Source of the DNA: Actinomycetota bacterium
GTDB taxonomy: Bacteria > Actinomycetota > Acidimicrobiia > IMCC26256 > JAGPDB01
DNA: 57,271 bases
Direction: 5' to 3'
Assembly: GCA_963169585.1 (NCBI GenBank)
Contig: CAUJDU010000036.1
Span: 1-57,271 of the forward strand
Each line of letters opens with the position of its first letter. Within the stretch, counting starts at the first letter, position 1. A program made the translations under genes and the position numbers. Shown here piece by piece: positions 38,788 to 47,765 of this stretch. A model generated the notes under the pieces. It saw only the letters and a list, made by a program, of their open reading frames with translations. It did no database searches and had not been told where the DNA came from.

Positions 38788-39486
38788 AACAGAGATTCCT
38801 TCTCCAATAACTACTTCACCAGGTCCAACATCTTCTATATTGCCCTGTGTAGATGTACTTTGTATCTCTGGTGTACTAGGTGTAGATTCACCCGCAACAA
38901 AGACTCGTTGCACTTGTATAGCATCGCCAACATCAACCAAGACCTCTTTAGTCGTAACTGGAGCTGTTGTTGGAACTGGTAGGGTAGTTGTAACAATTTC
39001 AACATTGGCTCGAGATTTTGTATCAACCTTTGGATTTTGTACTTGTGCTGTACTGGCAACGGTTAGTGTTGCTGCTAATAACGTTCCAGCAGCAACCATA
39101 GATGCTGGAACAAGTACTCGTCCTTTTTTGATCATTTGGATGAATCGATGAGTTTGTAGATCGTCGCAGTGCATTAACCTAGCTAGCCGCTCGGCGATAG
39201 CTGTTTCATCCATTTCGAATGCATTAGCTAAGGCAAGTACATCTTCTTTACGAAGTGGAATGACACCGGTCGGTTGAGAACGGAGTTCGTAGACCATAGA
39301 CAGATATGTTGATAATACGAGTGAAACATCTCCACTGACGTCAATTGGACGTGTTGTTTCTCCCGCGCTCATTACACCAGTAGCGACGTCAACAGTTACA
39401 GGGATTCTTGGTCCCCATGGAGATTCGCTATCCTGCCCGTTTCCCTTATCGATATCCATTACGTTCTTTTTCGACCGTTTTTTCAT
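38773..39486 (-). CDS. Hypothetical single-pass membrane protein with a Thr/Pro/Val-rich extracytoplasmic tail
   Basis: 237-aa ORF with one TM helix (VLVPASMVAAGTLLAATLTVAS). Its 3' end overlaps mec by 15 nt. Confidence 0.45.
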   Translation of the reverse strand: MKKRSKKNVMDIDKGNGQDSESPWGPRIPVTVDVATGVMSAGETTRPIDVSGDVSLVLSTYLSMVYELRSQPTGVIPLRKEDVLALANAFEMDETAIAERLARLMHCDDLQTHRFIQMIKKGRVLVPASMVAAGTLLAATLTVASTAQVQNPKVDTKSRANVEIVTTTLPVPTTAPVTTKEVLVDVGDAIQVQRVFVAGESTPSTPEIQSTSTQGNIEDVGPGEVVIGEGISVSRDD

Positions 39487-39576
39487 GTGACTAAAGCCGA
39501 TTTAGGAGATTTATTAGGATTTTCGTCCTTCGCTTGGGGTATAGATGTGAGAAATAGATGATCTAAACTAAAAAAC

Positions 39577-39858
39577 ATGCCAATAACAGTAAGAATTCCC
39601 TCTGTAATGCGAGCAAATACAGCCACTAAGGCAACTGTCGAATGTGAAGGCAATACCGTTGGAGAGGTAATTGCGGACCTTGTAAGACAACATAAAGACA
39701 TTGGCGATGTGCTATTTGATGGGGATAATAACCTCCATAAGTACGTAAATATGTATTTAGAGTCTGATGATATCCGTTATATTGGCGGACTTGAAGCTCC
39801 GATCGGCACAGCTAAAGAATTGACGATCTTACCTGCTGTTGCTGGTGGCTTCGTTTAA
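39577..39858 (+). CDS. cysO: ThiS/MoaD-fold sulfur carrier protein CysO, with a GG-FV C-terminus
   Basis: 93-aa beta-grasp-like sequence ending ...LPAVAGGFV*; immediately upstream of cysM. Confidence 0.8.
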   Translation: MPITVRIPSVMRANTATKATVECEGNTVGEVIADLVRQHKDIGDVLFDGDNNLHKYVNMYLESDDIRYIGGLEAPIGTAKELTILPAVAGGFV

Positions 39859-39875
39859 GTTCTTCAAGGAAAATC

Positions 39876-40811
39876 ATGAAAGTCGAATCGGTTTTAGATC
39901 TAATTGGTAATACGCCAATGGTAGGAATCCATTCGATTTCTCCAAACAAAAACGTCAAAATATATTTGAAACTTGAAGGACAAAATCCTGTCGGTAGTTC
40001 TAAAGATCGAGTTGCACTTTCTATGATTTTGGATGCAGAAAATAAAGGTATCTTGAAACCTGGAAACACGATTGTTGAACCATCAAGTGGGAACACCGGA
40101 GTTGGTCTAGCACTAGTTTCGATTTTGAAAGGCTACAAACTCGTAGTTGTGTGTGCAGAAAATGTAACGCAAGAGAGAAAAGATTTATTAAGATCTTTTG
40201 GAGCAAAAATAGAATTTTCGCCCGGTAATCTTGGCAGTAATGGTGCTATTGCTAGGGCAAAGGAATTAGCAGAACAAAACCCTGATTGGGTAATGCTCTA
40301 TCAATATGGGAATGAATCTAATCCTGTAACCCATGTGAATGCTACTGCACCGGAAATTCTTAGAGACTGCCCAGAAATAGATGTTTTTGTTGCAGGACTT
40401 GGTACTTCAGGCACACTAATGGGATGCTCTAGATATTTTAAAGAACATAATCCAGATGTGAAAATTGTTGCGGTTGAACCTCCTGCAGGGGAAAGTGTTT
40501 CTGGACTACGATCTTTAGAAGACGGTTTCGTGCCCGAAATATTTCAAGCAGATCTAATCGATCGAAAATTTATGATAAAAAATGATGAATCAATCGAAGT
40601 TACGCGTTGTCTTTTAAGCGAATGTGGTCTTTTTGTTGGTGTATCAACTGGCGCTATCGTGGCAGGAGCAATAAAACAAGCGCAGTCGATGGAACAGGGT
40701 ACTATCGTTGCGATTTCTCCTGATTCGGGTTGGAAGTATTTATCCGCTGGAATTTGGGCTAACAGAATTGAAGAAGTAATTGAAGAATCCAAATCAACTA
40801 ACTTTTGGTAA
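39876..40811 (+). CDS. cysM: Cysteine synthase B-type (CysO-thiocarboxylate-dependent, CysM)
   Basis: NPVGSSKDR PLP-lysine motif, GNTG, 311 aa. Confidence 0.9.
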   Translation: MKVESVLDLIGNTPMVGIHSISPNKNVKIYLKLEGQNPVGSSKDRVALSMILDAENKGILKPGNTIVEPSSGNTGVGLALVSILKGYKLVVVCAENVTQERKDLLRSFGAKIEFSPGNLGSNGAIARAKELAEQNPDWVMLYQYGNESNPVTHVNATAPEILRDCPEIDVFVAGLGTSGTLMGCSRYFKEHNPDVKIVAVEPPAGESVSGLRSLEDGFVPEIFQADLIDRKFMIKNDESIEVTRCLLSECGLFVGVSTGAIVAGAIKQAQSMEQGTIVAISPDSGWKYLSAGIWANRIEEVIEESKSTNFW

Positions 40812-40815
40812 ACCC

Positions 40816-41781
40816 ATGATCACAGATGATATCGAGATGTGTATTAACGCATTAACACAAGGTGAATTAGTAGCTTTTCCTACAGAAACTGTTTATGGGT
40901 TGGGTGCAAGAGCTGATTTTCCTAGTGCAATCGCAAAAATTTTTAAGCTAAAGGGTAGGCCAACAGACCATCCGCTTATTATGCATTGTGCAAGCATTGA
41001 TGTCGCACTTGCTATTTCACCTTATGTGCCAGATTATGCAAAAAAGCTTGCTAGCGAATTTTGGCCAGGGCCGATGACTTTGATTTTTAAACGTGGAGCA
41101 AATGATGCAATCTGTGATGAAGCAGTCGGAGGTAACGATAGCGTGGCTATTCGTGTTCCATCTAATGAGATTGCTCGTGAACTTCTTTCCAGTTGTACTT
41201 TTTTCGTGGCAGCACCTTCGGCTAATAAATTTTCAAAAGTTTCATCTACAACATCTGCACATGTTCAAGAGCAATTTGATGATGAACTAATTATTCTTGA
41301 TGGCGAGCAATCAAGCTATGGTTTAGAATCGACGATTATCTCTTGTATCGATGAAACTCCGGCAATCTTACGCACAGGTGCGATTACAAAAAATGAGATA
41401 CAAAATATACTTGGGGTAGAGGTTGAAGATAAAAGCACAAGTTCAGAGATTAAAGTCTCAGGTAATAAACAAATCCATTATTCTCCAAATATTCCACTCT
41501 TCCTTGTTGATAATGATGAACAAATTTCTAGTTTTACTAATTTTGACACACAAGAATGTGCTTATATCGGAGGCCGTGAAACACAACTGGAATTCAAGTT
41601 CCCCTTAGTGGTTTTAAACTATGAACTTTATGCCCATGAACTCTATGATTTCTTCCATAGAGCACAAGACCAAGGCTGTAAGGCGATATTTGCGGTTCCT
41701 CCAGAAGCGCAAGGAATTGGTATTGCAATTAATGACCGATTAAAAAAAGCATCAAGCCAGTGGGAGAAGAACGGTGGATAG
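40816..41781 (+). CDS. L-threonylcarbamoyladenylate synthase, Sua5/YwlC type with C-terminal Sua5 domain
   Basis: VAFPTETVYGLGA, HPLIMH, SANKFS motifs. ATG lies 5 nt after the cysM stop (ORF open from TTG 40780). Confidence 0.85.
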   Translation: MITDDIEMCINALTQGELVAFPTETVYGLGARADFPSAIAKIFKLKGRPTDHPLIMHCASIDVALAISPYVPDYAKKLASEFWPGPMTLIFKRGANDAICDEAVGGNDSVAIRVPSNEIARELLSSCTFFVAAPSANKFSKVSSTTSAHVQEQFDDELIILDGEQSSYGLESTIISCIDETPAILRTGAITKNEIQNILGVEVEDKSTSSEIKVSGNKQIHYSPNIPLFLVDNDEQISSFTNFDTQECAYIGGRETQLEFKFPLVVLNYELYAHELYDFFHRAQDQGCKAIFAVPPEAQGIGIAINDRLKKASSQWEKNGG

Positions 41782-44425
41782 TTTTTCAACTAGAGAAACA
41801 TTTACAATACTCACACCTCAAATTAGTTGGGGAGAAGATTCACTACTTCTCAAAGTTAGCTATAGCTGTGAAGAATTTCAATTTGAAGAGACATTTAAAT
41901 ACTCTTTCCCTGCGTTCGTTCGGAAGTTTGATGAGCGTGAAGTTAACCTTGCCGCTCAATTCGTGAGCTTGGCAGCTGCGCCAAGCTATTACAAAGCAAT
42001 GTTGGCAAAAAATATAGAATGTGAGTTCGACTTAACTCAAGAACAAATAGATTTTATGCGAGGATTGCTAGGCCCAGGTCTTGGAGAGTTTAGATTTCAA
42101 AACAATATTGAGCTAACTAGCCAACCAAACCTAGAGTCGTTAGTACGTGGTGAAATACAAGAAATTCCAGGATCTTTAGATAGCAATTTTGCCGTAGTTC
42201 CAATTGGTGGAGGTAAAGATTCAGCAACTTCACTAGAAATCGTTAAACGAACTGGTATGGATGTTGTTGGTTTCAGTGTCGGCAATTTTGAAGCTATAAA
42301 CAGATGTGCGAAAATTGCCCAAGTTGAAATGATTCATGTTGAAAGAAAAATAGATCGGGAGCTTATTGAGCTAAATAATCAAGGTTTTCCTAACGGGCAT
42401 GTTCCAGTTACTGCACTTACGTCTGCGTTGGCGATACTTGCTGGTGTAGTTGTGAATGCTGGAAAAGTCGTTATGTCAAACGAATCTTCAGCTAATGAAG
42501 AAACAAGAACTGTTAATGGTTATGAGGTGAATCACCAGTGGTCGAAATCTAGCCAAGCAGAAATGCTTATTAGAGATGCTATTTTTTCTTTAGGAATAAG
42601 AGTCGATTATTTTTCTGCATTAAGAAATTTAAGTGAGTACGAAATATTTTCACTTTTCGCAAATTTCAATGCTTATCACTCTGTATTTACAAGCTGCAAT
42701 CGCGTTTTCAAAATTGATACGACAAAGAGGTCGAAAACCTGGTGTTGCGATTGTGATAAATGTCGATTTGTATTTCTCGGTCTAAGCGCATATTTAGGAA
42801 TAGATCACGTTGCAAAACTTATCGGTGCGAACTTGTTTGACGACTTATCTCAATTACAAGGGTTCAAAGACCTGATAGGAATAGATGATTTAAAACCTTT
42901 TGAATGTGTGGGAACTGTACGAGAATCAAGAATGCTTGCACGAAACTGTTTGGAACTCGATGACGCACGCAGTACCCCAGTAGGTATAGAACTTGCAAAT
43001 ATATTGGATTCTCTTAGCGAGTTAGAAGAAACAATTCCTGTTCCAAAACCGATAAGTTTTGTCGATGAGGGTATCGTCGAGTCCATTTCAGATTTACAAA
43101 CTCAGGCTTATAGGTCGAGGCTCAGCGCTGAGCTAAAAGATAAAAGTATTGCAATTGTAGGTTTGGGCAGAGATACAAGTTCGATAATTAGGTTTTTAAA
43201 AACTAATGCAGCAAAAACAGATTTCAAAGTATTTCTCCCAAATAATCCAGATCTCACCAAGCCAGAATTTGGAGCTATTTTAAAAGACAACGCTCTAGAA
43301 GCCGATGAAAGCCAGGTTACTCTTGTAGAAAAAATCGAAGATTTAGATTCAGATATTATTTTCGTCAGTCCAGGTATATCTAAATATAGCGAACTTGTTA
43401 GGTCTTTGGGTTCGCGTGCAACCACACCGTTAGCTTGGTGGCTTGAATATAATAAAAAAGCCTTACGTAATAAATGTTTTATAGGTGTAACTGGTACGAA
43501 AGGTAAAAGTACAACAGCTTCACTTTTGGCACATATTTTGCCTAATTCGATTGTTGCAGGAAACCTAGGTTTTGCAGTTGGGAATATCTCTATTCGGGAT
43601 TTGTTTGAATGTGATTTTTGTATCTTGGAGGTCTCTAGCTTCCAGGCTAGCTATGTGCAAAAATCTCCAGATGTTGTTGCTATTACTTCTTTGTTTGATT
43701 GTCATATCGATTGGCATCGTACAAGTGAAAATTATAGATCCGATAAATTGAACTTGGCTCTACATGGGGCTAGCGAATTAGTTGTTTCAGACACTATTGA
43801 CGACTTCGCTCCGATGCTTGCAGACTTACGAAAAGTTCAGATTAATAATAATCGGACTGATGTGATTACGCTTGTTCCAAGTTCAGGTAGATCATTGTTG
43901 CAAAGAAATCAAGAAGTTGTTCGAGCTATCGCTGCATTGGTGTCACCATCACTTTCGAGTACGGATATAGATGAGAGCTTCGATTCTTTTGCCGAGTTGA
44001 AACATCGCCAAGAAATAATTTCTAGGAAGAACGAAATTATCTATGTCTCTGATGTGTTAAGTACTGCACCTGGTGCTGTTTTAACAGCGGTAGATGATTT
44101 TATTTTGCGATATCCAAATGTTCATATTTTTTTGTTGCTAGGTGGGGCAGATAGGCAAGTGGATCAAAGCGAATTGATTCACGGGCTTAATGCTCGTAAA
44201 GACAAAGTTTTATCGATTTGTTTACCCGAAACTGGGCATATGGTTGAAAGCCGCTTGGAAAATAAAGTTCATTGTGATGAGCTGGTAGATGGGGTTAAAT
44301 ACACGCTTGGTAAAGCCCAGCCTGGAGATATTGTGCTGCTTGCCCCTGGCGCACCGAGCTTTCATCGTTATGGGAATTATGAAGAGCTGGCTAATCATTT
44401 TGCGAGGATTGTAGATTCTCTCTAA
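41774..44425 (+). CDS. Fusion protein: N-terminal PP-loop ATPase-like domain (putative MurL-type UDP-MurNAc-L-Ala-L-Glu epimerase) plus C-terminal MurD-type ligase (putative MurD2)
   Basis: Residues 145-150 GGGKDS. Cys cluster WCCDCDKC at 323-330. The Mur ligase half starts at ~455 (IAIVGLGRDTSS) with GVTGTKGKST at 571-580. The GTG start overlaps the Sua5 gene by 8 nt. Confidence 0.65.
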   Translation: MDSFSTRETFTILTPQISWGEDSLLLKVSYSCEEFQFEETFKYSFPAFVRKFDEREVNLAAQFVSLAAAPSYYKAMLAKNIECEFDLTQEQIDFMRGLLGPGLGEFRFQNNIELTSQPNLESLVRGEIQEIPGSLDSNFAVVPIGGGKDSATSLEIVKRTGMDVVGFSVGNFEAINRCAKIAQVEMIHVERKIDRELIELNNQGFPNGHVPVTALTSALAILAGVVVNAGKVVMSNESSANEETRTVNGYEVNHQWSKSSQAEMLIRDAIFSLGIRVDYFSALRNLSEYEIFSLFANFNAYHSVFTSCNRVFKIDTTKRSKTWCCDCDKCRFVFLGLSAYLGIDHVAKLIGANLFDDLSQLQGFKDLIGIDDLKPFECVGTVRESRMLARNCLELDDARSTPVGIELANILDSLSELEETIPVPKPISFVDEGIVESISDLQTQAYRSRLSAELKDKSIAIVGLGRDTSSIIRFLKTNAAKTDFKVFLPNNPDLTKPEFGAILKDNALEADESQVTLVEKIEDLDSDIIFVSPGISKYSELVRSLGSRATTPLAWWLEYNKKALRNKCFIGVTGTKGKSTTASLLAHILPNSIVAGNLGFAVGNISIRDLFECDFCILEVSSFQASYVQKSPDVVAITSLFDCHIDWHRTSENYRSDKLNLALHGASELVVSDTIDDFAPMLADLRKVQINNNRTDVITLVPSSGRSLLQRNQEVVRAIAALVSPSLSSTDIDESFDSFAELKHRQEIISRKNEIIYVSDVLSTAPGAVLTAVDDFILRYPNVHIFLLLGGADRQVDQSELIHGLNARKDKVLSICLPETGHMVESRLENKVHCDELVDGVKYTLGKAQPGDIVLLAPGAPSFHRYGNYEELANHFARIVDSL

Positions 44426-44439
44426 TACAAACATTAGAG

Positions 44440-44468
44440 TTGACAGAGTATTATACATGCTGTATAGT
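44440..44468 (+). promoter_or_regulatory. Near-consensus sigma-70-type promoter with embedded palindrome (likely PadR autoregulation site)
   Basis: TTGACA (44440-44445), 17 nt, TATAGT (44463-44468). TATACA-tgc-TGTATA palindrome at 44452-44466. The padR ATG is at 44479. Confidence 0.5.
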
Positions 44469-44478
44469 ACAGGGTGTT

Positions 44479-44865
44479 ATGAAGAAGTCTTATGAAGAAA
44501 AAGTGCTATCTAACTGGGAAAGCGTCTACCAGCAAGGGTTGCTAACCTTTTGGGTTTTCGTTGCCCTGAATGAAAAACAACTTGTTGTCTCCGAGATAAA
44601 GCAACGAGTAAGTGAGCTAACTAATGGGACATATAACACTTCCGAGCAAGCCTTATACCGAAGTCTGAGAAAGTTTTATGAACTTGAGCTAGTCGATTAC
44701 AAAGAAGTAGATAATGATCTAGGTCCGAAAAAGAAATTGTATTCATTATCTAAAACTGGCTTAGAAATCCTGAAGGAATTTTCTGAAAGGAACATAAGGC
44801 TATTTTCACAGCCAGAAGTCCAACAACTTATCAATAACGAAAAGGAATATGATGAAACTAACTAG
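44479..44865 (+). CDS. PadR family transcriptional regulator
   Basis: Winged-helix PadR pattern (LLTFWVFVAL...YNTSEQALYRSLRKFYELELV); ORF open from 44440. Confidence 0.85.
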   Translation: MKKSYEEKVLSNWESVYQQGLLTFWVFVALNEKQLVVSEIKQRVSELTNGTYNTSEQALYRSLRKFYELELVDYKEVDNDLGPKKKLYSLSKTGLEILKEFSERNIRLFSQPEVQQLINNEKEYDETN

Positions 44866-45277
44866 AAACCTAAAGGTATATACCGCATTTATCATACTGG
44901 TGAGTACTATTTTCTACGTGATGACCATGCTCGATGTAGGCACAAATACAACCGAAAATTCCGATGGTACTACTACTATTACTTCGTCGATCCCACTCTA
45001 TTGGTTTGCAACGGTGTTTATTGCCTTTTTACTTTTCTATTTTACTGACAAGAAACGTGACAGTAGATCGAACCTAGGGCTTGCGTATCACATCGTAACA
45101 ACAGCAGTTGTCCTGTTGCCGTTAGCAATATTCTCTATTTACAGCATAATTAGCAAAGGAATGCTTGACTATTTCGTATTAGTGCCAATGGGGGCATTGA
45201 TCATTAGCCTATTAATCCATTGGATAGCTACTCGCCGCGACTTAAAAGGTTTTGAAAGTAAAAAAGTTTTTAAATAG
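44849..45277 (+). CDS. Hypothetical 4-TM membrane protein, PadR-associated
   Basis: Overlaps padR by 17 nt; hydrophobic 142-aa ORF. Confidence 0.55.
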   Translation: MMKLTRNLKVYTAFIILVSTIFYVMTMLDVGTNTTENSDGTTTITSSIPLYWFATVFIAFLLFYFTDKKRDSRSNLGLAYHIVTTAVVLLPLAIFSIYSIISKGMLDYFVLVPMGALIISLLIHWIATRRDLKGFESKKVFK

Positions 45278-45337
45278 ATCTTGATGAATCTGTTATAAAA
45301 AGTGCAATTTTATTACATGTCCGCATAATATGGACGT

Positions 45338-46087
45338 ATGACAAGACATGATAATAGGACCCCAGAACAACTTCGAGTGATAAGTTTTGAGCGTGACTAT
45401 ACAAAATACGCTCTAGGTTCTGTTCTCGTAACATTTGGGAATACAAAAGTATTATGTACAGCTTCAATGGAGCCAGATGTTCCTAGGTGGCTTAAAGATT
45501 CAGATAAAGGTTGGGTAACAGCGGAATATTCTATGCTCCCAGGCTCGTCGCCTCAAAGAGTGAATCGTGAAGCAACAAAAGGAAAACAATCTGGTCGTAC
45601 GCAAGAAATTCAAAGGTTAATAGGTAGATCGTTGCGAGGGGTGACAGATCTAACTCTTATGCCTGGTATTTCAATTACTCTAGATTGTGATGTTCTTCAA
45701 GCTGATGGTGGTACTCGAACAGCTTCGATATGTGGAAGCTATGTGGCTCTCCATGATGCATTTACCCGATTGGTTCAAGCAAATGTACTTAGTCTTAATC
45801 CTCTAACTGCGCAATGTGCTGCACTTTCTGTCGGAATTGTCGATGGGGTTCCTGTTGCAGACCTTGATTATCCAGAAGATTCAACTGCACAAGTAGATAT
45901 GAATGTTGTAATGTCAGATTCCAGACTTATTGAAGTTCAAGGTACGGCAGAAGGAATGGCATTTTCTCGTACGGAACTAGATGTTCTTTTAGAGTTGGCT
46001 GAAAATGGTATTAAACAAATCATGGAATTGCAAAATGAAATTCTTAGTGTTGCTCCTGCTCCTAGAAAAATAAATACTAATGCCTAA
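45338..46087 (+). CDS. rph: Ribonuclease PH
   Basis: Typical RNase PH sequence ([17 protein letters not shown]...[15 protein letters not shown]...). Confidence 0.95.
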   Translation: MTRHDNRTPEQLRVISFERDYTKYALGSVLVTFGNTKVLCTASMEPDVPRWLKDSDKGWVTAEYSMLPGSSPQRVNREATKGKQSGRTQEIQRLIGRSLRGVTDLTLMPGISITLDCDVLQADGGTRTASICGSYVALHDAFTRLVQANVLSLNPLTAQCAALSVGIVDGVPVADLDYPEDSTAQVDMNVVMSDSRLIEVQGTAEGMAFSRTELDVLLELAENGIKQIMELQNEILSVAPAPRKINTNA

Positions 46088-46679
46088 GTTTTTACTCGCA
46101 ACTCATAATCTAGACAAAGTTAAAGAAATTGAAGCTATATTTAAAGATGCACTTGGTGAAGATATTGAATTTGTATCTGGTATCGACCCTGGAGAAGTAA
46201 TTGAAGATGGCGATACCATAGAAGAAAATTCGATGATCAAAGCCAATGCTTGGTTAGATATAAATCCCGATTGCATAGTTCTAAGCGATGACACCGGATT
46301 GTTTATCGATGCGCTGGATGGGGCTCCAGGAAAAGATGCATCAATTTATGCCGGGCAAAATGCTACCTATCAAGAGAATTGCATCAAGTTATTAAACGAA
46401 ATGAAGGGTAAAGAAAACCGCAAAGCACGTTTTTCTACTTGTGCAACAGCTGTTCGAGTTAATTCGCTCTCGATTGTTAGCGTAGGCAGTATAGAAGGCC
46501 ATATTTCTCATGAACTAGATGGTGCGGATGGTTTTGGCTATGACCCAGTTTTCATCCCCGGTCCAGATATCGCTGGCGCTAGCTTTGCCCAAATGACCCC
46601 AGCTCAAAAAAATATGGTTTCACACCGTGCTAAGGCATTCCGTTCACTCGCACGTGGAGTGAAAGAAGCCGGCTGGTAA
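46080..46679 (+). CDS. rdgB: Non-canonical purine NTP pyrophosphatase (RdgB/Ham1)
   Basis: DDTGL..., [14 protein letters not shown] motifs; overlaps rph by 8 nt. Confidence 0.9.
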   Translation: MPKFLLATHNLDKVKEIEAIFKDALGEDIEFVSGIDPGEVIEDGDTIEENSMIKANAWLDINPDCIVLSDDTGLFIDALDGAPGKDASIYAGQNATYQENCIKLLNEMKGKENRKARFSTCATAVRVNSLSIVSVGSIEGHISHELDGADGFGYDPVFIPGPDIAGASFAQMTPAQKNMVSHRAKAFRSLARGVKEAGW

Positions 46680-46694
46680 GGGTAGAATTTATTC

Positions 46695-47057
46695 ATGGCA
46701 ATGCGGTATGACTGTAAAAACTTTGATTCGCGTAGTTATGCGACCGGTGAAGTTGTCCGAAAATGTAGGCTTGATTTAGCTCCAAACGCTCCATGGGAAT
46801 GTCCAGAGGATTGTTTGGGATTTGAGAAGCGTACAGTTGATGTTGGTTGGGATTATGGTTCTTTAGCCACTCCGATTGTAACTCCTGTTGATGGAGTGCA
46901 AGGAGTAGATAAAAATAGTGCAGCGAAAGCTTTAGATGAAGCTGAAGATATTGTTAATGCAATTACGCCAGAACTTTTAGCTGAATTTAAAGCTTTAGAT
47001 CAAGCCGCTAAGAAAAAGAAGAAAAAACGTTTTGGTAAGAAAAAGAAAAGAGATTAA
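46695..47057 (+). CDS. Hypothetical four-Cys protein with a poly-lysine C-terminal tail
   Basis: Cys at residues 7, 24, 36 and 40. C-terminus AAKKKKKKRFGKKKKRD. Abuts rpiA with no gap. Confidence 0.5.
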   Translation: MAMRYDCKNFDSRSYATGEVVRKCRLDLAPNAPWECPEDCLGFEKRTVDVGWDYGSLATPIVTPVDGVQGVDKNSAAKALDEAEDIVNAITPELLAEFKALDQAAKKKKKKRFGKKKKRD

Positions 47058-47762
47058 ATGAACGGAATAAATCTAGGTACTTTTCCAATCGATACAAATT
47101 CGCTATGGGCCAGCGTTTCTAATCGTGAAGCCAAGGAATTAATTGCAAAAGAAATAGTTTCACGTGCGAAAGATGGTCAGGTTATTGGTTTTGGTAGCGG
47201 AACGACTTCTATGGTTTGTGCGCTTGAATTCGGTAGAAAAGTAAAAGAAGGACTCTCCATAAGTGCTGTAGTTACAAGTTTTGAATTGGAATGGCTTTGC
47301 ATAAAACTAGGAATCGATGTTTTAGATCTAGAAAGTACAGAAATTGATTGGTGTTTTGATGGTGCTGACGAGGTTGACCCACAAAATAATTTGTTAAAAG
47401 GTCGAGGTGGAGCTATGCATCGAGAGCGTCAAGTTTTTACGAAAGCTAAACAGCGATTAATTGTGGCAGATAATTCCAAAGATGTTTCGGTATTAGGAGA
47501 AAAGTTCCCTGCACCAATTGAAATCAAACCTGAAAATGCAATTGAATCTATTACTGAATTACAACAATTCGGTTTTGATTCTGTGGGTATTCGCACAGGT
47601 CAAGGTAAGGATGGCCCAGTAATTACTGAATCAGGAAACATAATTGCTGATGTAATTTTTAGAGAAGGTTTTAATGCCGATGTTGCTGAGAAAATTATTG
47701 AGATTCCTGGGGTATTCGATACAGGTCTTTTTGTAGGATACGAATTCGAGCGGCTTAGCTGA
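47058..47762 (+). CDS. rpiA: Ribose-5-phosphate isomerase A
   Basis: GFGSGTTS, DGADEVD, KGRGGA motifs. Confidence 0.85.
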   Translation: MNGINLGTFPIDTNSLWASVSNREAKELIAKEIVSRAKDGQVIGFGSGTTSMVCALEFGRKVKEGLSISAVVTSFELEWLCIKLGIDVLDLESTEIDWCFDGADEVDPQNNLLKGRGGAMHRERQVFTKAKQRLIVADNSKDVSVLGEKFPAPIEIKPENAIESITELQQFGFDSVGIRTGQGKDGPVITESGNIIADVIFREGFNADVAEKIIEIPGVFDTGLFVGYEFERLS

Positions 47763-47765
47763 TCA

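Noticed and set aside
38840-39151. 103-aa plus-strand ORF opposite the 38773-39486 gene
   Set aside because: It has a Thr/Val/Cys-rich odd composition and no start context. The minus-strand frame is longer and has a sensible domain/TM layout. This remains unproven either way.
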